DNA from: Octopus bimaculoides
Lineage: Eukaryota
NCBI RefSeq assembly: GCF_001194135.2
Contig: NC_069006.1
Coordinates: 17,959,645-17,996,202 of the forward strand
DNA length: 36,558 nucleotides
Reading direction: 5' to 3'
Shown: one piece after another, positions 24,465 to 34,475 of the stretch
Numbering within the stretch: position 1 is the stretch's first letter
Layout of the letters: every line of letters begins with the position of its first letter
The notes under the pieces: generated by a model
Told to the model about the DNA's origin: nothing
Database searches by the model: none
Seen by the model: only the letters and a program-made list of their open reading frames with translations
Translations under genes and position numbers: made by a program

Positions 24465-24712
24465 AGAAAATTTCTTATTTCTTTATTGCCCACAAGGGGC
24501 TAAACATAGAGGGGACAAACAAAGACAGACAAAGGGATTAAGTCGATTACATCGACCTCAGTGCGTAACTGGTACTTTATTTATCGACCCCAAAAGGATG
24601 AAAGGCAAAATCGACCTCGGCGGAATTTGAACTCAGACCGTAAAGACAGACGAAATACCACTAAGCATTTCCCCCAGCGTGCTAACGATTCTGTCAGCTC
24701 ACCGCCTTCGAA
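24465..24712 (-). mobile_element. SINE family B, full length, CpG-rich, variant tail
   Basis: Minus strand GGCGGTGAGCTGACAGAATCGTTAGC...GAGTTCAAATTCCGCCGAGGTCGA...CATCCTTTTGGGGTCGATAAA. Confidence 0.9.
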
Positions 24713-25485
24713 AATTTCTGTCTCGCTATTGGCTAAAAATACAGTTTTTTCGATTTTTAAACCTCTGTAACTTTTCTTCCAATTTTTTTTCTTTACAACA
24801 TAGCAATAAGACTGGAAAACTACACTATTATAGCCGATTTTCAGATTTTTTACTTTGTTTTAAAAAATGCATATTTTGTGAATCAGTTTGACTAGATCCT
24901 TGGGAAGAACTAAATTTAATGTTTCAGCATACTCTCATAGTCTCGGCACCTCGTCCATAATATAGCTGCATTAGATGTATTGCATTTTTTTTTTTCGATA
25001 CATTTAAGAATAAAAAAGCACGTCTTATACATCGGTATATAGAAACTACATTGCCCAATAATGTTGTCCTCTCTTTTTGGAACTGGAGGTTATGATTTGA
25101 GGGAATTTAGCTGCTTTTTCTAGCAGGTTAGCCATTGAAGAGTCACGCTATGCGTATGAACGAGGTTACTGTGTCTGTTCAAGGGTCACAGTGTCCGTTG
25201 ACATATCACAGTTCTCTGTTGAAGTCTTGTCGTTTGTTATGGGGGGTTTGAAGGTTTGGGGGTGCGCCCCTTTAAGAACTGTAAATAGTTTTGCTAGTTC
25301 GTGGAGCAGATGGGTGGGCAGGTGGTAAGGTAGGTTGGTTGGCAGACAGCGGTGGGTCACACACACTGGTGGGCGGTTTAGCAGAGAGGGACTTCGGATA
25401 GTATGAAGAGCGGGTGTTTAACGACGGATATAGTTGACGTCTTGTGTTTGTGTACATACACATATACAAATATAACACGTGTGTG

Positions 25486-25523
<38 letters not shown>

Positions 25524-26381
25524 GTCACATAGTTTCCTTCCCTTCTGTCGATGTTCGGGAGGGTGTGTTGAAAGTGGAGTTGTCAGGGAACAGTTCTAGG
25601 GGTGTTACCACTACTACTACTACATCCCTTTTCACTCCTGGGTGGAGAAGGATAGATTTCAGTCGTTCTGTTCCCCTAATTTAAAGCGGGAAGGGTGGGC
25701 CCCTTTCTTCTCCGCTCCTCCCCTCCCCCCCCCCGACGCCACTACTTCTCATCTCATCACGCTATGTTTATCACTTGGTGGTTGGTTGGTTGCTTACTTG
25801 ATGGCGGTAACTACTACTACTACTACTACTACAAGTGTATATTTGTTTTAGACCAATTTACATGCTTGACTGCTGTTAATGAATCTGTTATAATGAAATG
25901 TGTCGCCTGTCGCCAAAACAACAACACTTACTACCTCCACTATAACTCCTCCGCTGCTCTATGCCGCCCCCGTGACACGCATACACCCGGGTGCGCACAC
26001 ACAGGTACGCGTGGTGGTTGGTGAGATTTCGTCGGCAGCGACGATGAGTATGAAAATGTTTGAGCGCAACATAATTTCTACAGATACATCTTTGTGTATC
26101 TTTGAGCTGTCTCGTGCTGGACTAGCCTGACGCAATGTGACAGGCTAGTGGGTATGCGTGGAGGGGGTGAGGAAGCGGGGGGGGGGACCTTTGGATTTCA
26201 GGCNNNNNNNNNNGTATGCGTGGAGGGGGTGAGGAAGCGGGGGGGGGGACCTTTGGATTTCAGGCATCAGTGGGGAGAAGGAGAAAGCCCAGACCTGGGT
26301 TGACTTGGTACTTTATTTATCGACTCCTGAAAGAATGAAAGGCAAAGTTCATTGACCCCAGTGGGATTCGAACTGAGAGTA

Positions 26382-26840
26382 CAGTTACGGGAGACGTAAA
26401 CATACCAACTCCGGTTGTCAAGCGGTAGTCAGGGGTCAAACAAAGACACATATATGTATGTATAAAGGCATGTGGCTTAGTGATTGGGGTATTTTCAATC
26501 GCAAGCCGAATTCCTGGCGATGCGTTGTGTCCTTGAGCAAGACGCTTTATTTCACGTTGCTCCCGTTCACACAGCTGGCAAAAACTGAGTAGTACTTATT
26601 TTTCAAAGGTTCAACGCTGAATCTCTCTGAGAACTACGTTAATTGTATGCGTGTCTGTGGGGTACTCAGCCACTTACATGTTTGTTTTACGAGCAGGCTG
26701 TTCCGTTGGTCGGAACTCTCGTCGTCGTAATCGACAGAGTGTCAGTTATACACGATGGGCTTCGTTCAGTTTCCGTCTACCAAATTCACTCACAAGACTT
26801 TGTTCGGCCCGAGGCTATTGTAGAAGACACTTACCCAAGG
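26382..26840 (-). mobile_element. SINE family A interrupted at its internal microsatellite by a plus-strand SINE (26464-26737)
   Basis: The A tail-side block ends at about 26460 and resumes ACACGATGGGCTTCG at about 26745; a family B fragment lies at 26300-26375. Confidence 0.85.
26464..26737 (+). mobile_element. Nested SINE with CORE-like body and family C 3' tail
   Basis: GTGGCTTAGTG head, GTTGTGTCCTTGAGCAAGACGCTT; 3' GAGAACTACGTTAA...CAGCCACTT...GGCTGTTCCGTTG...CGACAGAGTG shared with 27155-27544. Confidence 0.8.
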
Positions 26841-27154
26841 GATATGTGTTTGTGTGTTGGTGTTGAACTACATGATAACCTATTGGACTCAAAGTTATGA
26901 TGTCATTGGTCGTCTGTGTCGCCCTCTCTTAACACAGGAACCTCACCTTATTATACCGTTTATACTTCCAGTACAGCAGCAGCAGCAGCAACTGCTCGTT
27001 GTTACTGCCCATAGTGGTGAACACAGCAGCACCGTTTATACAACAGTACTCGCCCATTGCAGTTCCTTCTCATGACAGCAATACCAGCTCACCACTGAGC
27101 CTTCTTGTGAACAGAAAGATTAATGTAACGTAATTATCTGGGGCTAGGTTAGAA

Positions 27155-27544
27155 ACGTGGAGGCGCAATGGTCCAGTGGTTAGGGCAGCGGACTCGTAGT
27201 CATAGGATCGCGGTTTTGATTCCCAGACCGGGCGTTGTGAGTGTTTATTGAGCGAAAACACCTAAAAGCTCCACGAGGCTCCGGCAGGGGATGGTGGTGA
27301 ACCCTGCTGTACTCTTTCACCCCAACTTTCTCTCACTCTTACTTCCTGTTTCTGTTGTGCCTGTAATTCAAAGGGTCAGCCTTGTCACACTGTGTCACGC
27401 TGAATATCCTCGAGAACTACGTTAAGGGTACACGTGTCTGTGGAGTGCTCAGCCACTTGCACGTTAATTTCACGAGCTGGCTGTTCCGTTGATCGGATCA
27501 ACTGGAACCCTCGACGTCGTAAGCGACAGAGTGCCAACAACAAC
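27155..27544 (+). mobile_element. Full-length young tRNA-derived SINE family C with 9-bp target site duplication
   Basis: A box TGGTCCAGTGG, B-box-like GTTTTGATTCC, (AAC)n tail; AGGTTAGAA at 27146-27154 and 27545-27553. Confidence 0.92.
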
Positions 27545-28154
27545 AGGTTAGAATCTTGGGGCCAGTGTTTTATGTCAGAATCGAAAGGGAACTCACTACA
27601 ATACCAGCTCACTGTATTGGCTATGCTGGGCATGGGTCGCCCCTTTTCGAGAAGCGTGCCGCAGAATACATGGCTCATCATCACTACTAAAAAATTTGAA
27701 GGTATTTTCCGTTATGTGCGCCATTCAGAAAGTCCCGGAAATCTGGGCTATGTTCTCGACACGTCAGTACCCCTCACTGTAGTGCCCTGCCTTAGCATAA
27801 CACCGTCATTTCATTGCACTGAACAAACAGTACCCGTCTACTGCACTGACTCTTTATACTCCCTGGGGATTCAAACTGTTGTAAATGCTATCTACGTAAG
27901 GTCGTACTTAAAGCGAGTGTACCCGACATATTTACACGCAAGCAACTCTTATTACTGGCCTCTTCTGATAAATTCCACCCCGTCTGTCGTTATCCTGTCT
28001 CTCCTCCACCCTGCCTCTCTCTTCTTCCCGACATTCAACTATCACATGGTGCCAACCTCGGAATGGTTTATCGTCATCAAAATGTGCATCAAAACTTTTT
28101 GATGCCACATGGTTAAAGTTGTTCTTGCCGTTCGGCTTTTATTTTTTTTTCCTT

Positions 28155-28555
28155 TTACGCCTTTACTTGTTTCAGTCATATGACTGCTGCCATGCTGGAG
28201 CACCGCTTTAAAGTGTTTTTTTTTTTAGTCAAACAAATCGACCCCTGGACTTATTCTTTGTAAGCATAGTACTTATTCTATCGGCCACTTTGCCGAACCG
28301 CTAAGTTACGGGGACATAAACACACCAACATCAGTTGTCGAGCGGTGATGGGGAGACAAAGATACATACATTAATATATACATATATACGACGGGCTTCT
28401 TTCAGTTTCCGTCTACCAAATCCACTCACAAAGCTTTGATCGGCCCGAGACTATAGTACAAGGCACTTGCCCAAGGTTCCACGCAGTGGAATTGAACCCA
28501 GAACCATGTAGTTGGGAAGCAACTGTCTTACCACACAGCCACGCCTGCGCCTATT
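28155..28555 (-). mobile_element. SINE family A, full length, CpG-rich; followed by a 5'-truncated family B copy (28555-28715, +)
   Basis: Close to the consensus inferred from the other copies. Confidence 0.92.
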
Positions 28556-29164
28556 ATGTTCTCGGTTCAGATTCAAATTCCACTGAGGTCGACTCAGCGT
28601 TTCATTCTTTCGAGATCGATAAAATGAGTACCAGTTGAGCACTGGGGTCGACGTAATTGACTTATCCGCTCCCTTAGAATTGCCGGCCTTGTGCCAAAAT
28701 ATGAAACCATTATTTACCTCAAAGTTAACTCTAGTCGAATAAATCTATTGGCAGAGCCATTCCCGTCGTGACCATCCCGTCTAACATTATCCAATGTATC
28801 TTCTTGTCGGTTTGTTCGAATAAAACTCTTCATGCGATGCCCCAGCATGGCCGTAGGCCAATGACCGAAACAAAACATATCAGTGAAGCTTTTCCCTATT
28901 GATAAATTTAGTATGTAGAACGCTCCAATGGGGATATTTTACCCTCGGCCATATTGTTAATCTTCTCTCTATTATACAAATATGACTTTTACAATAACTC
29001 CTAAGTAATAGCTCCTTCCATGTGTGTGTGTGTGTCCCATATGTTTTTGGTTTTATCATCACATTGTATCAAGGCTGCAGTGAAATTATTGGCATTTTCG
29101 TTGTTTTTCTTCAGATTTGACATTTAGCATTTAGGATAATTAAAAATATAGTTATTGAAATATA

Positions 29165-29572
29165 TAGGCGCAGGCGTGGCTGTGTGGTACGAAGCTTGCT
29201 TCTCAATTACATGGTTCCGAATTTAGTCCCACTGCGTGGCACCTTGGGCAAGTGTCTTCTAATTTTAGCCTCGGGCCTATCCAAAGCCTTGTGAGTGGAT
29301 TTGGTAGACGGAAACTGAAATGTATATATTTGTGTGTTTTTGTCCTTGTTTGCCCCACTACCACCACCACCACCACCACCACCATCGCTTCACAAGCGAT
29401 GCTGGTGTGTTTATGTCCGCTTAACGTAGCGGTTCGACAAAACTGGCCTATAGAATAAGTACCAGGCTTACAAAGAATAAGTTCTGTGGTCGATTTGTTC
29501 GTTCGACTAAACCCCTTTAAGTTGGTGCTGCAGCATGGCCGCAATCAAACAACTGAAACAAGTAAAAGAATA
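29165..29572 (+). mobile_element. SINE family A, full length, plus orientation, (CCA)n internal repeat
   Basis: ATAGGCGCAGGCGTGGCTGTGTGG head through GAAACAAGTAAAAGAAT tail. Confidence 0.92.
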
Positions 29573-30194
29573 ATATATGTATACCATTGCTGCTTCGAAT
29601 AATCGTTCGCCACCGTCGCCCTCGGGAGGTTTTTCACAAGCTTCTGCAACTGTCCTCTGTTAGGGCGGGGGCTTGTTCTGGAAAAGAAGAAAAGCAAGCA
29701 AGCGAAACCCCTAAAAAGAAAATGGCCCTTTAAATCTACAAGTGATCCCTAAAAGCTATAGTAAATGCGTTTTTATTTACTTAATTATTTGTTTATTTCA
29801 ATTTGAAGCAACATAACCATTCGCCATTATCATGATGTTCAAGTGTATTTTACACGCGTCAATCCAGCTAATTAAAACATCCCTTGAGTGCGTCCGAGTC
29901 TGAGGCTATTCGGGCTGTTTGTCCTCCTCCTCCTCCGCCTGTCTTCTAAAACCCCCATCAAAAGAGACACAGCCTGCGCCAAATGAGAAAGCGCAGGTCG
30001 TTGGGTTTAATTCTAAACTAGAAACGTGAATAATGGTAAAACCATTCGTGATTCGTTGTTGTTGCTTTCCGTAGCAGCAGCAGCAGCAACATGAAAGAGC
30101 TAAAAGTGAATTTCAATCCCATCCTTGCCCTAATTCTTCAAAAATATATATCACCAGCAACTGTGTGTGTGTGTGTGTGTGTTGTTGTTGTTGT

Positions 30195-30450
30195 TATTAA
30201 GGCGGCGAGCTGGCAGAACCGTTAGCACGCCGGGCGAAAATGCTTAGCGGTATTTCGCTTGCCGCTACATTCTGAGTTCAAATTCCGCCGTTGTATGTTG
30301 TGTGTTTGTCCGCTATTACCGCTTGACTACCGGTGTTGGTTTGTTTACATAGCCGTAACTTAGCTGTTCGGTAAACGAGACCGACAGAATAAGTATCGAA
30401 TTTGTCTCTTTATATAAATACTGGACTGTTTTTGTTCGACTAAAACCCAT
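30195..30450 (+). mobile_element. SINE family B head (30195-30292) joined to a family A 3' half (30305-30450)
   Basis: TAAGGCGGCGAGCTGGCAGAACCG...AAATTCCGCCG then GTGTTTGTCCG...TTCGACTAAA. Confidence 0.8.
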
Positions 30451-30879
30451 CAAGGCAGGAAAAAAAAATAAAAAGAATAACTTAAGCCGAAGTAACAATC
30501 AGTGCGTATGCTTAGTGGCAGTATGACCCTCCCAAACAACAGCACTCTCGGCTTCAACACACAATTTCAGATCAACANNNNNNNNNNNNNNNNNNNNNNN
30601 NNNNNNNNNNNNNNNNNNNNNNNNNNNNNNNNNNNNNNNNNNNNNNNNNNNNNNNNNNNNNNNNNNNNNNNNNNTTACAACCACATCTGGTGCAAAACTA
30701 GTCGGTATATACTTACTCGGTAGTACCTGTATCTTTCGGGTCTGGTCGACTCCATTACCCTTCATAACCTATATATATTAATATTTTTTATGAAAGTATT
30801 ATGAAATATTAATTAATTAAAATTAAAAATAAATGCTTAGGAATTTGAACTTAGATTCTAGTATATTACTTCACTGAGG

Positions 30880-31540
30880 GGAAAAAAAAATTATACTAAA
30901 TTGAAATTGAATTTGAAATGGAATCTTCTGACAAAAACTATTTATATGCAATATTCTGAAGTCTAGCTAAATTTAATGTTGAAATATTCGCGGTGGATGA
31001 ATTTTCAAACTTTGATTGGATTTATAGGATTACCAACACGTACAACAACAGGATGAGTTTTACCGAGGTCTTGTATACATTTAGAAAAAATATATATATA
31101 CAAAAAAGTGTTTAATACTTGAAATTTCAACAAAGGGTGAAAGGAATGAACTTTATACATTTCAGAAGGATTAATTTTACAATTTATAGGAAGGACAGTA
31201 TACACTTTATTATTATTTAAAATTTTTAATATTTCTAATGTTTTAATTAATATTATATATATACCATTGGTTCTTAATTCATCTCCGAAGAGCGGAATTA
31301 CTGATAGTATGTTGATCTTTTGATCACGTTGTGATTATAGTAATATCCGCGAAACGATCGTCAGATGTTTAATTCTTTAAATTTTAGGCTTTTAAATATT
31401 TTAGACTTTACAATATTCATGCTTAATTACGCATAAAATTTTTATACGCATTTATATTCACTTGTATCTTTATCTACATTCATATTTTTATACATATTTA
31501 TATTTATATTTCGTATATTTATATTCTAAATTTTAAATTT
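30880..31540 (+). mobile_element. Probable Penelope-like element 3' end remnant (AT-rich) carrying a hammerhead motif
   Basis: Hammerhead at 31280-31367; weak GIY-YIG-like peptides about 260 nt upstream on the same strand. Confidence 0.45.
31280..31367 (+). ncRNA. Type I hammerhead ribozyme (core CCGAAGA...GAAA, GUC cleavage site)
   Basis: Helix I CATCT/AGATG; core 31285-31291; helix II GCGGA/TCCGC extended by ATTACT/AGTAAT; GAAA 31351-31354; palindromic helix III ACGATCGT; GUC at 31360-31362. Confidence 0.75.
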
Positions 31541-31641
31541 ATTATATTACCATGTCATATTGGATATATGTCTTTAGAAATATTAAATATTGATTTCCTG
31601 AGAATATTATTGATAAGTTTTTGAATTTATTAATAATATAA

Positions 31642-31694
<53 letters not shown>

Positions 31695-31697
<3 letters not shown>

Positions 31698-31888
31698 GAG
31701 AATATACAAATAATAACAGACGAGGACAGGTGGTGTAAATAACAAAAGGATATATTAGTATGACGCTCGGGAATACGGAAAGTCTTTGACGTTTCGAGCT
31801 ACGCTCTTCAACAGAAAGAATACGGAGACAAGGAGAAAAACACGGAGAAAAAAAATTGAATAGTGTTCAGTCAACGGTCAATCATAAT
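31695..31888 (-). mobile_element. Penelope-like pLTR remnant with degenerate minimal hammerhead (31783-31819)
   Basis: Minus strand TCTTT-CTGTTGA-A-GAGC(GTA)GCTC-GAAAC-GTC-AAAGA. Confidence 0.6.
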
Positions 31889-33729
31889 NNNNNNNNNNNN
31901 NNNNNNNNNNNNNNNNNNNNNNNNNNNNNNNNNNNNNNNNNNNNNNNNNNNNNNNNNNNNNNNNNNNNNNNNNNNNNNNNNNNNNNNNNNNNNNNNNNNN
32001 NNNNNNNNNNNNNNNNNNNNNNNNNNNNNNNNNNNNNNNNNNNNNNNNNNNNNNNNNNNNNNNNNNNNNNNNNNNNNNNNNNNNNNNNNNNNNNNNNNNN
32101 NNNNNNNNNNNNNNNNNNNNNNNNNNNNNNNNNNNNNNNNNNNNNNNNNNNNNNNNNNNNNNNNNNNNNNNNNNNNNNNNNNNNNNNNNNNNNNNNNNNN
32201 NNNNNNNNNNNNNNNNNNNNNNNNNNNNNNNNNNNNNNNNNNNNNNNNNNNNNNNNNNNNNNNNNNNNNNNNNNNNNNNNNNNNNNNNNNNNNNNNNNNN
32301 NNNNNNNNNNNNNNNNNNNNNNNNNNNNNNNNNNNNNNNNNNNNNNNNNNNNNNNNNNNNNNNNNNNNNNNNNNNNNNNNNNNNNNNNNNNNNNNNNNNN
32401 NNNNNNNNNNNNNNNNNNNNNNNNNNNNNNNNNNNNNNNNNNNNNNNNNNNNNNNNNNNNNNNNNNNNNNNNNNNNNNNNNNNNNNNNNNNNNNNNNNNN
32501 NNNNNNNNNNNNNNNNNNNNNNNNNNNNNNNNNNNNNNNNNNNNNNNNNNNNNNNNNNNNNNNNNNNNNNNNNNNNNNNNNNNNNNNNNNNNNNNNNNNN
32601 NNNNNNNNNNNNNNNNNNNNNNNNNNNNNNNNNNNNNNNNNNNNNNNNNNNNNNNNNNNNNNNNNNNNNNNNNNNNNNNNNNNNNNNNNNNNNNNNNNNN
32701 NNNNNNNNNNNNNNNNNNNNNNNNNNNNNNNNNNNNNNNNNNNNNNNNNNNNNNNNNNNNNNNNNNNNNNNNNNNNNNNNNNNNNNNNNNNNNNNNNNNN
32801 NNNNNNNNNNNNNNNNNNNNNNNNNNNNNNNNNNNNNNNNNNNNNNNNNNNNNNNNNNNNNNNNNNNACACATATACACACAGGCACACATACACATATA
32901 CACACATGCACACACACCTCTCACATACACAATACTCACTCATATACATAACACATACGCACGCACGACAACATACACAATATACACATACACGCACGCA
33001 CAAACAAATATACACACACGCGCACACGGAAACACATACAGACATACATAAACACACACACACGCACATCCACACATATACACACACACGCACACACCTA
33101 CATACACACACACTTCTCACCAACACTACACACTCACACAGACACGCATACAATCATACACACATGGGCATAAACAACACGCGCATATACAATAGCAAAC
33201 GCACGCACACACACGTACACAGCAACGCACATACACACAACATACACATACACACAAACACACACGCACGCACAGAAAACATACACATACACACACGCGC
33301 ACATACAAAATACACACACACACGTACATGTACCTAACACCNNNNNNNNNNNNNNNNNNNNNNNNNNNNNNNNNNNNNNNNNNNNNNNNNNNNNNNNNNN
33401 NNNNNNNNNNNNNNNNNNNNNNNNNNNNNNNNNNNNNNNNNNNNNNNNNNNNNNNNNNNNNNNNNNNNNNNNNNNNNNNNNNNNNNNNNNNNNNNNNNNN
33501 NNNNNNNNNNNNNNNNNNNNNNNNNNNNNNNNNNNNNNNNNNNNNNNNNNNNNNNNNNNNNNNNNNNNNNNNNNNNNNNNNNNNNNNNNNNNNNNNNNNN
33601 NNNNNNNNNNNNNNNNNNNNNNNNNNNNNNNNNNNNNNNNNNNNNNNNAAACCATGCACACACACACACACACACACACACATACATACGCACACACACG
33701 TTCTGTTATCACACACACACTCGCAGACT

Positions 33730-34005
33730 TTCGCACGCGCACCGATATTCATCTCCCTTTTTCACTCTCCTATCTTAGAAAGAACTTTTCCCCCACCACC
33801 TCCTCTTCCGGTCTTTTCATCATGTAACCTCGTGGGCATCGGTACCATTTTCCTCTTTCTCCGTTCTTCCATTCTCCGAACTTTCCATCTTTCCGACGAA
33901 GGGCTACGCCCGAAACGTCATACACTCTCTCTTTCCTTTCCTGAGCGTCCAATAATACTATCCATATCACGTCCTCACTTTGTTGTTTTTTTGTTATTGT
34001 GTTTT
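33730..34005 (+). mobile_element. Penelope-like pLTR remnant with minimal hammerhead motif (33888-33925)
   Basis: CCGACGA-A-GGGC(TAC)GCCC-GAAAC-GTC; downstream CC(T/C)GAGCGTC...TATCC...GTCCTC shared with the 31695-31888 copy. Confidence 0.6.
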
Positions 34006-34254
34006 TGAACTATATATATATACATGTATATATATATATGCATGTATATGTATGTATATATCTATATATATGCATGTATATGTATGTATATATCTATATA
34101 TATGTATGTATATGTATGTATGTATATATATATATGTATGTATGTATATATATATATGTATGTATATGTGTGTGAGTGTATATAGTGTGTTTGTGTGTGT
34201 GTACACACAACACAAGTGCGTTTGTGTTTGTATCTATTTATGTGTATTTTTCTC

Positions 34255-34435
34255 TGGTTGATAACTGATGCTGGTGTGTTTATTGTCCCCTTACCCTAAT
34301 GGTTCAGCAAAACGAGACCGATAGAATAAGTACCCTGCTTTAAAAACAAAAATAAATGTTAGGGTAGATGTGTTCGGCTAAGATCTTGAAGGTGGTGCTC
34401 CAGCATGGCCGTGATCCAATGCCTGAAACTAATGA
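34255..34435 (+). mobile_element. SINE family A 3' half
   Basis: GAGACCGATAGAATAAGTACC...GGTGCTCCAGCATGGCCG. Confidence 0.8.
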
Positions 34436-34442
34436 ATGATAC

Positions 34443-34475
<33 letters not shown>

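Noticed and set aside
22850-25050. AT-rich stretches resembling DNA-transposon internal sequence (22850-23440, 24715-25045)
   Set aside because: No paired TIRs, TSDs or transposase motifs could be established by eye.
26152-26265. 52-bp exact direct repeat
   Set aside because: Identical copies flank a 10-N gap; typical unmerged contig overlap.
27157-27232. tRNA-like sequence
   Set aside because: It is the head of a TSD-flanked SINE with body and (AAC)n tail, with a degenerate B box; not a tRNA gene.
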